A stretch of 64,000 bases of DNA, from IMG/VR virus record IMGVR_UViG_3300025785_000013, positions 1 to 64,000 of that record; one strand, given 5' to 3'. Positions 53,701 through 61,322 of this stretch are shown one piece after another. A model generated the notes under the pieces. It worked only from the letters and a program-made list of their open reading frames with translations. It made no database searches and was not told where the DNA came from. The first letter of the stretch is position 1. Every line of letters begins with the position of its first letter. The stretch comes from a virus. A program made the position numbers and the translations under genes.

Positions 53701-54024
53701 ACGAAACACCCCTCAGGTATCTTCTATCCTCTCGGCTCTGCACGGCCTTTCACCATCTCTGGCGTGACCCAAGGGCGAGACGCTGACATCAAGGTCATCT
53801 GGGAAGATTTGGACAACTGGCCTAACTTCTTGAAGTTGCTCAACTCAGGAAACATCCTCATCCTGACCAATCCGGTGGAAAGTAGTCGCACTTACATCTT
53901 CATCAGCGATGATGTGCAAACGACCTATAACGCTGCTACAAGCCCGTGGTTTGAGGTGGAAATCAACTACGTTGAGGCTGCTCCCCCCGGATACGGTTTC
54001 ACCTACGGCAGTAATCTGAGTTAG
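44779..54024 (+). CDS. Giant (3081 aa) minor tail / distal-tail protein with many beta modules, FN3-like and CBM-like domains
   Basis: GGAGG RBS; follows TMP; WTYSDLDNDQQT FN3-like; APTNAAYA CBM-like; Dit-like C-terminus. Confidence 0.8.
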   Translation: MNNYVANPNYSDAAGSPYWTVVVPGAQTLSPDEAVADITQLAVGTVMDNGYYRAAQVQDVSKLGVAGTSLSVTTGGQYGNTNPSPFFDRGDSFAYVNSVAGISTGLRIAILEGLQTDASPYTAGSMSTDAFTSEWMTARAVGQIPAVANNQNYQSFQSGSLTSSYCAYLMTNGNAFGAAGFLTPISSFSTRFSGATSYWLTPASAAATSPYFFISASSDPQAMANFISEFASDFTATGTAINSILVGSSRSIVNCVVDPSVNGFTTGQYLSFVDIGTNTILSPASYQNQSTTGWYVGQVTGMNSFTILATTTTGGSSATVTFNPTTEDHTGVLPGMIVAGTGIPSGATVVSVGASSFTISAGATIATTGVTLTISKGATNSYFLVCDRSTNYGQPIPGTWNQLILTTSAISSTTLTISAIATSSGSTAGYGYGTVLAGGSTYASGVSTGLFSNSGPFSIAVGSTIPIATHYGSTSAGTTATLGYVSAPSNVVSFIASGTSGTNTITITSSLYILGNGMLAVGQSISGTGIPSNSYITAISGNTLTISANLTANLNGTTSIATTSCSGMIYGTSFPAGNTIVLNNNDNTYVFDFGVPYFAPYLTNTGGGSIPPGETPTAGVGGSHYGCDFYLPVTLTNIIGTPLANFQSAAVTGSSSAIYVDTTTNFYVGQKITFGSFGNLTITSVPSSTEIIVSGTAAGAATYNTVNYSNGSSPNDIWNYDDYLLSGAVFDTVTGTTSGTGAIGFDGTFITGFHQTGTYVLAYQDGPRYIGSSSVGDLEQIVPTTIGSTVGGTLYQPVAAGSTTFAVNPNPNTVPGTTTFGINQYQNYTYGGFVPLINNGVTNNFVGNITTGSTVITGVASQYSFGLSVGQTVDIASTAHFPSGTEIVTVGKGTVTVSNAATTSASATSLTATSNAIYTLVVGQGSTQEMVAVISPSNSTSLGSTGSNPIGLPFTPGETLDGSGNINSPMLWTLADGQTFQFDHDAGDIVVTPNVVYSVGGSTISHAQQTPFLGDPNVGTVYSISGGTDYAQTNALIATNPTSELIINAAANFNLTNPWLDSGVGGFPNISTSLAATASAGDTTITVADNAGFPQTVQTVFQNGITIQPSTVGTLVGSLAANATSLTIIPKAEVPQTTPFFINISGLSGTETLEIGSVYYNSALNLATLQLSNFQVQGMVATGSTSVWLGAAAITNVAPGQVITDTLGYIPAGTTVVSVSTTSITISNPATNGATENLQFYTSSTTLSYADLTPVLLDSFPTDTQYHTLEVPSFYLTTALNLGATVTSLSTTPLPVTVPSGTTLYINNGIFYDSFVTSATANAGATGVSINSYTPHFPFPASSGSSGVFTTYGSIVSVGLASPLQPNQTIFLNCPGAIGSLGNPSFGITVKEYTPQNAFTIPVLPFISPYAFDTTTTEVDFTGSVTNGSNAITSVSSTAGLSVGQQVFTSQDGLSTTQPAFIAEISGSTVYLTTPSVTAATGATSQYFNVYPTQFLSPSPVTLDADPLQEVVYPISVPVPNAINPNAWDVNLALSLAYDHDFGAEVFYYAYPTNFHVNDVTYRPDLGIFQTWDGSQWRTTRVNAVQALLSILGSFGGKDTTNVTLIDPNTGANTPPDVFANTLSTAFTAYFGGNRSKDPNGDEWTGDALNNILLNISVQVPQNQTVAYRSLGLIAQYKSEPLAESIYISPSDNCVINEDAVTSVNWTYSDLDNDQQTGWSVKIFSQASVYLPNFSPDTTTPVWQKSAYNASTSVTFDTDSGFVNGQKYYAYVKVSKTFHQKDWWGAWNSCPFTVIINAPQAPMVAVYADDDNAVNTITIQSTDNLLGPDNGSFTNSLGGWTRGKNDTVGTSLEVASTGIALRTPLTAGTVYTSLNVGAIGYIASGSTIASSGKGTFKVSSTYPKNTDALGFPVSGEFWVTIGGENILVTNKVDGNNSGDTFVIQQRNYTVAGVPSTQSAHAAGATVTFGLQEPIFVDSELQLHFTEVIEQKWVDKQKILVRTIPGTPGWSSTNTTGFQIISNGQGNQVHVVDPGNVLSNGWAGRTVYINHKESMGWTTAQASQTVKRVLGSLIGNAINYNVSKLEPAVIQSVKAVSTIPSRTTTLAVVSTDTQFPKGNGLYIPVTPKGGYPLLSLPAGTVLNISNGQIIGVNVFQGGKIDWTHYNAINTVTLTAPYRIGDSGMHVAGITNGFGSNVKAKDITLGFLPRGAVITYVAPSLYTEKVVTFTKPYGKQAPYTGIGVSIGDTLDLSVTTYYAGTSAVNVYGYKYTNKVGGPGHTKLVPLEQKVISDFTVPSFSATGTVGTLVGTTFTPLTTGASVANLTATWSIYGNTITAASTAGLAVGQLVSGYGIQSNSYITNISGSSVTLSNPTNVATGSSIGLLAYPTFNAIQLSTNPFGSTSPVGDAVTGAGISPATVVNAVGSTYSVVGLSATGVVQFQSVSATAPYNPIKPVVQIPVTFNGAANFKIPAGSTVIKTKPFVAHSSFPFGTAVKINYPALYSDHTFTIVPNGGSGTGTDIAEIGLLHTSGSNYTGKFTPTNSIPIIAGLTYGIVGFTRLMTTPRTSGGIPTMSVFVDIYDASGNWIGTENSSNPAYQAVLSSSTGQWGSGWVPVAYSFVAPTNAAYAVPRFQWKNVSSVDAYGLSGLMFKAINLPAFDLNHNIVNITSQIGTSSQLMRLETSLYPQGTSSNDNTQVANAISLPQSSSESYASLGGYDSLYVFDPYNTSGVYEIQQGGSDNELFTTLTAAVTVGVPVGGITYLPLASTKGIAVGTTLYVDYGNANTYENVIVDPSWDGSTNVAVQTNTGNGYSTANGFARNHSLGARVYVVTIGLAGTVNYTHVAGATASQGVAIFNWNSDGFVNQPNDTYEYLVQKSVDGGATWTPIRNGNNVKATGTGWATITDYEAVPGQATLYQAIPKFVSKAGTVTKRGPKSAPIAPENTMTTSTWWIADSSNPTNRFPILVQNQYTDKTKHPSGIFYPLGSARPFTISGVTQGRDADIKVIWEDLDNWPNFLKLLNSGNILILTNPVESSRTYIFISDDVQTTYNAATSPWFEVEINYVEAAPPGYGFTYGSNLS

Positions 54025-54026
54025 TT

Positions 54027-55733
54027 ATGTACCCAGCCAGCCCTGAATTCTTTGAGGCCATCAAAAGCCCTCATCGGGTAATGATTATCGTAAAAGCCCT
54101 GTCCATTGACGGGACTTGGTACACGCTGCCCGTTGTAGACGGTTCGGTGAAAATTGACCAGACCAGTGCCGACGTTCGACGCACCATCAACTTGACCATC
54201 AACGACCCGTTGTACGTTCCAAAGAAGTCAACCGACGCACTCTCCATCTACGGGAATCACCTCTACGCATACCGAGGCGTTGTATGGGACTTGGCCAACG
54301 TTGGTACTGAAATCATTGACGCAAAGCCGCCCCTCGGCCCAGACTTGCTGCGCCCCGAGAACAAGGCTTACGAGTTGGTTCCAATTGGCGTGTTCCGCAT
54401 TACGGATACCAGCATTGAAGAAGACAACGACGGCAACGTGACCATCACGGTCAACGGCTCCGATATGGCCCTGAACATTAAGCAGAACTCGTGGACATCA
54501 CCAGTCACGGTTTGGAAAACGCCATACACGCCCCCTGTTGTGGACACGAACGCTGCCGGTTTCACCCCATACACGACCCAAGAGCAGAACTTGGTGGCCA
54601 ACACCTATTTGGAAGCCGTGAAACTGCTCATCAACAACCGTTGGCCTGCCTACGCCTACGGAGTGTTCGGCCCACCGGTCTTTGAGTTTGCTGGAATCGT
54701 AGATGCCGAGTTGAACCAACCCTTGATTATGGGTTCAGTGTCTATGTCGGTCACTGGCGCTGGCTCACCGTGGACAGATATCACCGGAATCGCAGCCGGA
54801 GTGAACGGACTTCTCTACATTGACGTTGAAGGTCGCTTCTGCGTTCAGCCCCAGCCTGACCCTGCGTCAATACCCCCGGTGTGGAGTTATGTTGATGGCG
54901 ATGGTGGAATGTTAACAAAGGTCACTCGGAAGTTGGACAGTTCCAAAGCCGTGAACTACGTCATTGCCACTGGTGAAAACTCCATTGTCGGTATGCCGTA
55001 CCGTGCGCTGGCATACGATTCCGACCCCAATTCACCTACCTATTACCTCGGCCCCTTTGGTCGGGTGGTTGGCCGTGAACCGGGCCGTAAACGACTGATT
55101 TCACAGAAGCAGACGCAGGCAGCAGCCAACCTCTACCTCAACTGGTTTGTCGGTGGCGATGAAACGACCACCATTGAAGGAATTTGCAATCCTGCTTTGG
55201 ATACTGGCGATGTAGTGCTGGTGCGACGCAAGAATGTCGGCATTTATCAAGATGGTGGAATCATCACGGACTTGACCACGGACTTTCCTGCTGGCTCAGA
55301 CCTCACTCCATCAACCGTTGTGCCAATCACCACTGACTACGGCAACTACGCAGACGTGCAGCCCCCGGCGAAGACTGGGGTTTACACCATCTCGGAATTA
55401 AAAGTCAATCCCACCTATGTGGCTCTCGCTAAGGGCCAAGAAATCATCATTTACACCAACGTGGCGACCAATATCGTCAAAGTCACTGAACACTGCCCGG
55501 TTGGGTCAACAATTATCCCCGTGGAAAGTTTTCACCCCGACATCCAATACTTGAAGGGTACGATGATTCTTGACCCGGCGTTCACGGAAAACGGTGGAGC
55601 CGTGAACTACTTCATTGACCAAATCACCATCCCACTGAACATCACCGATGCTGCCGAACTGGTCGCTCGTGAGCGCAGGGTTGGAACCAAGGAAGACGCT
55701 GCTCGTATTGCAGAATTCACGATGGGGTACTAA
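54027..55733 (+). CDS. Minor tail protein (DUF5047 / Tal-hub-like)
   Basis: GSVKID..RRT..VPIGVFRI..NYVIATGE..TYYLGPFGRV..NPALDTGD. Confidence 0.75.
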   Translation: MYPASPEFFEAIKSPHRVMIIVKALSIDGTWYTLPVVDGSVKIDQTSADVRRTINLTINDPLYVPKKSTDALSIYGNHLYAYRGVVWDLANVGTEIIDAKPPLGPDLLRPENKAYELVPIGVFRITDTSIEEDNDGNVTITVNGSDMALNIKQNSWTSPVTVWKTPYTPPVVDTNAAGFTPYTTQEQNLVANTYLEAVKLLINNRWPAYAYGVFGPPVFEFAGIVDAELNQPLIMGSVSMSVTGAGSPWTDITGIAAGVNGLLYIDVEGRFCVQPQPDPASIPPVWSYVDGDGGMLTKVTRKLDSSKAVNYVIATGENSIVGMPYRALAYDSDPNSPTYYLGPFGRVVGREPGRKRLISQKQTQAAANLYLNWFVGGDETTTIEGICNPALDTGDVVLVRRKNVGIYQDGGIITDLTTDFPAGSDLTPSTVVPITTDYGNYADVQPPAKTGVYTISELKVNPTYVALAKGQEIIIYTNVATNIVKVTEHCPVGSTIIPVESFHPDIQYLKGTMILDPAFTENGGAVNYFIDQITIPLNITDAAELVARERRVGTKEDAARIAEFTMGY

Positions 55734-57328
55734 TGGCTGAATTCGACTTTCGACCACTGGTCAACGCCCTTATTGCCAACAACCAATTTCACTTGCCCCC
55801 AACGGACACCATCCGTATGGGCATTGTCGTTGGCTACGACCCCGGTTTTACACCACCTGAACCGGCAACTGGCGCAGCGTTTTACTCGTTCCCTGTAGTC
55901 AGTGTGCAGTTGGCTGGCGATGACCACCCCACGCACGGAATTCGGTTCTTGGAATCCTACGTTCCAAATATTGGTGACACCGTGTGGATTATGGCTACTG
56001 GCCACGACGAGTGGGTTGTGGGTTCCCTTGCTGGAAGCAACAAGTCCACGATTGGAACTGTCCGTTCACCAATGTCGCTTCTTGGCCATACCGGGGCAAC
56101 GTCGGGGCAAACCATCACGACTACGACCACGCCACAACCGATTTCAGCGACCAAGATTACGACTTCGTATCTTCCAAACCGTATCTACCGAGCCGAAGCC
56201 ACAGTGACCTTTGAAGTCACGGGTACTACGCCATATTTCAGTGGAACGGCCAGCAGCACTTACACGGGTTCTGCGACAGTTTCCAACACCGGAACGTACT
56301 CGGCCTATGCGTCGCTCAGTGGTGGAAACGCTTGGGCATTAGCCACAATGATTGGCTACATCCGAGGCACAACTGGTGGAAGCCCGACGATGACCGTTCG
56401 ACAGGGAAGTGGGACAACTTACACCGTCAACACTGGTCAGTTGCTCCAAAACTTGACGGGTGACGTGACCGGTCTTAACACCCTGCTCTCCCAATCGGGC
56501 AACTCGTACGTCACGGGCTTTGGACTTCCAGCAAACGCTGACCTTTTGTACGACGCTGTTTTTCAATCAACGGCAACGACGCAGACCGTTGGTGGAAACA
56601 CCTACTACTTCAACTTCTCTGGTGGTGGCCTCACGCCCAACCCACCATTCGTGATTTTGAATTCCAGTAGTGCGTTCGTCGGCAATAACGCCTCAGGAGC
56701 CACGGAGTATCCAATCACCACACGAGGCAGCATCGCAGGAGAGGCTGCCTTCGCCGGTAGCCCATTCTCTGGCACGGCACGAGGCACTGGTTCTACCACC
56801 AACCTCACAACGGTTGTCAATGGTTCAACTTCCGATGTCTATTGGACTACCGACAGCAGCAACAATAACAACGAAAACCTGATTCATAACCTGCAATTCA
56901 CCTTCGTGAACTACGGTGCCGTGTCCGTCACGCCACCAAGCCCTTCTGTCACTGTCACCCTTCCAAACCTTTCTACGAGCATCACGGATTCATCAACGCC
57001 TACCCTGATTTCACTGGGCGTTATTGCCCCGTCGCCGTGGGCCGGAACAACCGGCTCGCAATCACCAGCGAACTACCAAGAGATGGAAGTCATCAACGTC
57101 ACCGGAGTGTCGAATAAGGTCTACACCGTTCACTGCTCTACGACGTTCTGGGATTCACCAACCCAAGCCATTAAGACTGGCCAGTGGCAACCGACTTACG
57201 ATTGGTACCTAGGGATGAAGCAAATTGGTTCCAATTCAGCAACCATCGCTTTCGATAGCGTGACCATCCAAAAGTTTGTGGTCTACGACTGTGGTGTAAA
57301 CGACGCTCCACCGGGGTCAATTGCCTAG
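55733..57328 (+). CDS. Tail tip / spike protein
   Basis: N-terminal OB-like YVPNIGDTVW..VVG; position in operon. Confidence 0.65.
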   Translation: MAEFDFRPLVNALIANNQFHLPPTDTIRMGIVVGYDPGFTPPEPATGAAFYSFPVVSVQLAGDDHPTHGIRFLESYVPNIGDTVWIMATGHDEWVVGSLAGSNKSTIGTVRSPMSLLGHTGATSGQTITTTTTPQPISATKITTSYLPNRIYRAEATVTFEVTGTTPYFSGTASSTYTGSATVSNTGTYSAYASLSGGNAWALATMIGYIRGTTGGSPTMTVRQGSGTTYTVNTGQLLQNLTGDVTGLNTLLSQSGNSYVTGFGLPANADLLYDAVFQSTATTQTVGGNTYYFNFSGGGLTPNPPFVILNSSSAFVGNNASGATEYPITTRGSIAGEAAFAGSPFSGTARGTGSTTNLTTVVNGSTSDVYWTTDSSNNNNENLIHNLQFTFVNYGAVSVTPPSPSVTVTLPNLSTSITDSSTPTLISLGVIAPSPWAGTTGSQSPANYQEMEVINVTGVSNKVYTVHCSTTFWDSPTQAIKTGQWQPTYDWYLGMKQIGSNSATIAFDSVTIQKFVVYDCGVNDAPPGSIA

Positions 57329-57363
57329 CACGGTATTTCCAAATCTTGTTCTAAACTTGCGCT

Positions 57364-57750
57364 ATGGCAGCCACGTCTCAACCCTATGTCTTGGCAGCCA
57401 TTATCTCAGCGATTCCAGCGACTTTGGCAGCCAGTTCTGCGTGGTATTCGGCCCACCGTGGCCGTAAGGAGAACCACACCGACAACCAAGGGCTAGCCGA
57501 CCAATTCGACGGAGTGAACACCCAATTTGGAACCGTGGCTGAACACATCGCCCGGATGGACACCAAATTTGAAAAGATTGAACTAGGATTTCAGCGTATG
57601 GACATTCGCTTTGACGGCATTGAGGATAAGGTGGAGCGTCACCTCGGTTGGCATCGTGCCGAAGCCGAGGGCGACCTCACCCAAGCCCTCTCAAAGGAGA
57701 GTAAAAATGACCACCCAACCAACCAACACAGCATCACCAGCCGCGACTAA
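57364..57750 (+). CDS. Membrane protein with coiled coil (lysis-associated?)
   Basis: N-terminal hydrophobic helix, heptad repeat ending HLGWH. Confidence 0.6.
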   Translation: MAATSQPYVLAAIISAIPATLAASSAWYSAHRGRKENHTDNQGLADQFDGVNTQFGTVAEHIARMDTKFEKIELGFQRMDIRFDGIEDKVERHLGWHRAEAEGDLTQALSKESKNDHPTNQHSITSRD

Positions 57751-57994
57751 GCCAGCCGTTGACCCCAAGGCTCTCGGAGCCACGGTCATCCGCTACGTTG
57801 TCCCGGCCATCGTCGGTGTGCTGATTTCGCTCGCTGCCAAGGTCGGCTTCAAGTTGACCCCGACGCAGGCCTACGCCTACGTTGCCCCGGCAGTCGCTAC
57901 GGCCTACAGCACGGCCATCCACTTCGCTGAGGCCAAGGTTCCGGCACTCGGCATCCTTATGGGCGCAAAGCGTCCGGCCAGCATCACCAAGTAG
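57707..57994 (+). CDS. Holin-like membrane protein
   Basis: AAGGAG RBS; two hydrophobic segments; IRYVVPAIVG. Confidence 0.65.
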   Translation: MTTQPTNTASPAATKPAVDPKALGATVIRYVVPAIVGVLISLAAKVGFKLTPTQAYAYVAPAVATAYSTAIHFAEAKVPALGILMGAKRPASITK

Positions 57995-58006
57995 CCAAGC
58001 ACTCAG

Positions 58007-58043
58007 GCCGGTGGGTCTGTGGGAATTTCCCACGCCCACCGGC
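58007..58043. terminator. Hairpin between convergent late and early units
   Basis: GCCGGTGGG..GTGGGAATTTCCCAC..CCCACCGGC. Confidence 0.7.
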
Positions 58044-58049
58044 TCGTGC

Positions 58050-58277
58050 TTACTGCTCTACTGGCACCGTGACAATCTTGGCGAGGCTCGTGTGGCCACT
58101 CGGCAAGTGGCGCACCGGCACCTTCGTCAAACCGGGGTTGAAACTCACTTCGCCCATCAGCACATAGTCGTTGCGGATGAGCCAACTGACCGGCTCGGTT
58201 GTGTCGGGCAGAACAGCACCGAAGATGTTATCGAACCAGACAACCTTTACTGCGTCTTGCTTGCCACCCATTGTCAC
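58050..58277 (-). CDS. Hypothetical protein
   Basis: GTGA overlap with the upstream gene; start uncertain. Confidence 0.5.
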   Translation of the reverse strand: MTMGGKQDAVKVVWFDNIFGAVLPDTTEPVSWLIRNDYVLMGEVSFNPGLTKVPVRHLPSGHTSLAKIVTVPVEQ

Positions 58278-58711
58278 CACCAACTCGTGTAGTAGATGTC
58301 GTAGCCGTCGGCAATGTAGTCTCGTGCCGTACGGATGAACACCAAGTCGTTGTCTTTGCGCTCAGGCGTTGACCTGCCAAAGAAGAACCCCGACGTTTCG
58401 GGAAGTTCATCACGGTTCACCGCGGTCTCCAGTTGCTCCAAGTCGGTGAGGCTTAGTCGCACCGGCTCGCAGTTGAATCCCAAGTCCCCAGCGAACATCC
58501 CATCCTCGGATGGCTGAGGTGGGTCACCAGCGAGGGTGCGCTTCGTCACCCAAAGGTTCTCCATCCAGCCCTGCAAGTCGCTGTGCTTTCGCCACTGGGC
58601 GATTTTGAACACCTTGCTGTCGTAGTCTTGGTCGTGCGCTTCCCACGCCCACCCGAATTCGATGTTGTCGCTGTGGGGGCGAACAGCGTAGGCGTATTGG
58701 TCAAGTCCCAT
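58274..58711 (-). CDS. Conserved phage early hypothetical protein
   Basis: MGLDQYAY..WRKHSDLQGW..LPETSGFFFG..YYTSWW; GGAG RBS. Confidence 0.75.
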   Translation of the reverse strand: MGLDQYAYAVRPHSDNIEFGWAWEAHDQDYDSKVFKIAQWRKHSDLQGWMENLWVTKRTLAGDPPQPSEDGMFAGDLGFNCEPVRLSLTDLEQLETAVNRDELPETSGFFFGRSTPERKDNDLVFIRTARDYIADGYDIYYTSWW

Positions 58712-59058
58712 CAGTTGCTCTCCTTCGGTTCGACAAGTGCAGGCCACGCCGTAGCCCAAGCCTGCAACACTGCTTCCGAGCCATCACCACTGGCGATTGC
58801 ATCCCTTACGTACTCCCGGCCATCGGGGGTCAACGCCGTGAAGATGAGCGCATCGCACGAATCGCAGTGAACCGGAGTGTCGGTTTCGTTGTGGTAGGAG
58901 ATTGGCTCCCAGTCATCACCAACAAGTGCTGCCCCAGCCCGGTCACCGTTATCGGCGCAGTCGCGACATTGCGCTACGCCGATAACGTCACCACCGGTCA
59001 CGATGTAGTAGCCGTTCGGGTTGAACGGACTGGCGTGGTCGTAGATGTTGATGGTCAC
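58711..59058 (-). CDS. Zn-binding hypothetical protein
   Basis: CRDC..CDSC..LTPDG..YV. Confidence 0.65.
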   Translation of the reverse strand: MTINIYDHASPFNPNGYYIVTGGDVIGVAQCRDCADNGDRAGAALVGDDWEPISYHNETDTPVHCDSCDALIFTALTPDGREYVRDAIASGDGSEAVLQAWATAWPALVEPKESN

Positions 59059-59059
59059 C

Positions 59060-59629
59060 TCAGCCAGCCACCTTCACGCTGACTGAGATGCCACCCTCGG
59101 TGTGTTGGAGGCCATCCACCACTGCGCCGGTGAGAGGGTCAACCACGCTGTCACCAGCGAAGTCCACGACCTTCTTCAGCGTCGCAACATCGGCCTCACG
59201 CTTCGTGCGAATCCACTCAGGGTGGTTCACCTCAGCCCAAGCGAGGAACGCATCGGCATCGGTCACGGCCACCTTCGGGGGAGTGACACGAGAGGTCACG
59301 GCACCGTCGGGGAAGTCCAAGGACTTGCGACCATCAGCACTGTCCTCGCGGACACGGATGAGGAAGTCCGACAACGCCAACTCAAAGAACTCCACCGTTG
59401 GCTTGTGGGTGGCAACGTTGGTTTCGACCCAACGCTCAATGCGGTCAATCTCAACTTGCGCCTGACGCTTCACCTCGTCAATGCGACGCTGCGCCTGAGC
59501 GAGGCGACGCATCGCCCACAGTGCCTCGTCTTCATTGTTGATGGTGAACTCAGTCGTGGTGTCCACGAATCGCTCTGGCTGTCCCTCGCTAGCGAGAAAC
59601 TCGGACAGGTCTTGCACTGCTGCTTCCAT
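59060..59629 (-). CDS. gam: Mu Gam-like host-nuclease inhibitor
   Basis: FTI..A.WAMRRL coiled coil; KSLDFPDG.V..R; AAGGA RBS. Confidence 0.75.
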   Translation of the reverse strand: MEAAVQDLSEFLASEGQPERFVDTTTEFTINNEDEALWAMRRLAQAQRRIDEVKRQAQVEIDRIERWVETNVATHKPTVEFFELALSDFLIRVREDSADGRKSLDFPDGAVTSRVTPPKVAVTDADAFLAWAEVNHPEWIRTKREADVATLKKVVDFAGDSVVDPLTGAVVDGLQHTEGGISVSVKVAG

Positions 59630-59667
59630 TGCTTCCTTCTTTCTACTGGTCTGAACTACTAAACTGG

Positions 59668-59696
59668 AGTTTAGCAGATGGGTGTCACACTGTCAA
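59668..59696 (-). promoter_or_regulatory. Early-type promoter with TGTGACACCC spacer element
   Basis: TTGACA-17-TAAACT. Confidence 0.8.
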
Positions 59697-59992
59697 TTCT
59701 CAATCTTGTTCATCGCTGCTCGGAGAATCGGGAACGCTCGGTTCATCTCGCTGGCGAACTCCATCCAGTCGTTCTCCAACGTGTCCTCGTCATCGTTCAG
59801 CGACCAGAAGTTGTCCTTGGCCATCGCTCGCAAGTCTGTGAAGTTGCAGTAGAACTCGTCAAGGGTGCCTTCCCATTCGACATCATCGAACGCTGCGAAC
59901 GCTGCGAACGCAACCTTTGCAACAGGCACTGGGTCACCCCAACTGTTGAAGAAGATGTTGGTGGTGCGCTGTGGCTTGGTGGTGGTGTTCAT
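59693..59992 (-). CDS. Acidic hypothetical protein
   Basis: ATGA overlap; GAGG RBS. Confidence 0.6.
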   Translation of the reverse strand: MNTTTKPQRTTNIFFNSWGDPVPVAKVAFAAFAAFDDVEWEGTLDEFYCNFTDLRAMAKDNFWSLNDDEDTLENDWMEFASEMNRAFPILRAAMNKIEN

Positions 59993-60198
59993 CGTGCTAC
60001 CTCAGTTTCTGTCTCAATGCCTTGAAAGGCAAGTTCGGCCATTGCTTCCTTGTCACTCCACACTTGGAAGTGGTGTTCGTTGGCCTGCTCAAACGAGGCC
60101 ACGATTCCGGCTGCGATAATGTCAGCCTTGATGAGGTCACCCTTGGCGATTGCCTCACGGATGTTGTGTGCTGCTTCGATTACCTGAAGTTCCGTCAT
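59989..60198 (-). CDS. Hypothetical protein
   Basis: TGATG coupling, start MTELQV. Confidence 0.55.
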   Translation of the reverse strand: MTELQVIEAAHNIREAIAKGDLIKADIIAAGIVASFEQANEHHFQVWSDKEAMAELAFQGIETETEVAR

Positions 60199-60356
60199 CA
60201 GATGTTCCTTTCTTCCCAAGCGTTGACTGCCATTTCCTCAGCCAACCACTCTGCGTCTTCGTCGGTCATCGCTGCGAACAATGCTGCTTCGGCTGCGAAT
60301 TCCGCTTCGACCTGCTCCTTGATTTCCTGCATCTCTGCTGCTGTGAGTTGTTCCAT
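60198..60356 (-). CDS. 52-aa acidic leaderless protein (not in ORF track)
   Basis: MEQLTAAEMQEIKEQVEAEFAAEAALF..; ATG 6 nt after the -10 box. Confidence 0.6.
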   Translation of the reverse strand: MEQLTAAEMQEIKEQVEAEFAAEAALFAAMTDEDAEWLAEEMAVNAWEERNI

Positions 60357-60362
60357 AACCTA

Positions 60363-60391
60363 AGTCTGCCTGAGGGTTGTCACAAAGTCAA
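60363..60391 (-). promoter_or_regulatory. Early-type promoter
   Basis: TTGACT-TTGTGACAACCCTCAGG-CAGACT. Confidence 0.7.
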
Positions 60392-60801
60392 GACCTAATC
60401 GGAATTTTTTTAAACTTGTTCCAACGCTCTGGGCGAGCCGGGTCTAGAACAACGCCGCGCTTGGCGTTCTTGCTATCAGCACCAGCCCGACGGCACGGAG
60501 CGCAAATGCACTTGGCTTTGTGTCCCGTGGTCGTGCCGTGTCGCTCGTCGTTGACGGTGAGCCTGCATCGTGTGTTGCCACACTTGCATCGTTCACCACT
60601 GCGCTCGTGCTTCAAGGGGTCGCCCCCGTGTGCGTCACGGCGAGCGTTGTAGTCGCGGAGGTAAAGCCGGTTGGCTTCCAAGCACGGCTCACAGCGACAG
60701 CCGTTGACCGTGTACCCAGAACGCTTGCCGTGTAAGGGTGAGAACACACTCAGTCCACACCGCTTACCCCGGCAAGCGCACTTGATGAATGGCACCAGCA
60801 T
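60388..60801 (-). CDS. Cys/His-rich Zn-binding protein (HGxxxGYxxxGCRCxxC repeats)
   Basis: HGKRSGYTVNGCRCEPC; HGTTTGHKAKCICAPC. Confidence 0.65.
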   Translation of the reverse strand: MLVPFIKCACRGKRCGLSVFSPLHGKRSGYTVNGCRCEPCLEANRLYLRDYNARRDAHGGDPLKHERSGERCKCGNTRCRLTVNDERHGTTTGHKAKCICAPCRRAGADSKNAKRGVVLDPARPERWNKFKKIPIRS

Positions 60802-61088
60802 TACGCCCGAACCATCTCGCTCCGCGTCCTGCGACGCTTCGCTGCCGTTGGCTTCACCACGCGGCCTGCTGCGAACGTGCGGTACGAGGCGTGGCCTCGG
60901 TCACCACCGTGAACGGTCACTTCGACAACTTCACCGTCACGCTCGTGAGCGTACATAAAGCGAAACTCACAACCGTGAGTACCAGTGACGTGAACGAGTT
61001 CGCCTTTCTCAAAGCCGTTCCATTCCGTCACCTCTGTCCACTGCCGGTCATACTGCACCGGTGCGTCAGAAGAATTGCGTCGAATCAT
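60801..61088 (-). CDS. SH3-like hypothetical protein, paralogue of 38895-39167
   Basis: GGGAG RBS; alignable over about 60 aa. Confidence 0.7.
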   Translation of the reverse strand: MIRRNSSDAPVQYDRQWTEVTEWNGFEKGELVHVTGTHGCEFRFMYAHERDGEVVEVTVHGGDRGHASYRTFAAGRVVKPTAAKRRRTRSEMVRA

Positions 61089-61158
61089 CTTCGCTCCCTG
61101 TTTCGGTTGTCAATGAACTGTGCCGGGTTTGCGCCCCACCCGGCAAGGGCCTACCTGA

Positions 61159-61258
61159 AGTATACACTAATCCTAACTAAAGTCAAGGGGCAATTTCTCC
61201 AGTCACCAAAAAATATTTTCAAATTGGGTCTTGACTTTTCCAAAACCTCAGGCATACT
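61159..61258. promoter_or_regulatory. Divergent promoter region (early left / replication right)
   Basis: Minus strand: TTGACT-16-TATACT (61186-61159). Plus strand: TTGACT-16-CATACT (61231-61258). AT-rich spacer. Confidence 0.65.
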
Positions 61259-61322
61259 AAAGGTGCAGTACACGCTGGCTCGCCAGCACGTTCATTGACA
61301 ACCTACCCAAGGGAGCAAGCAA

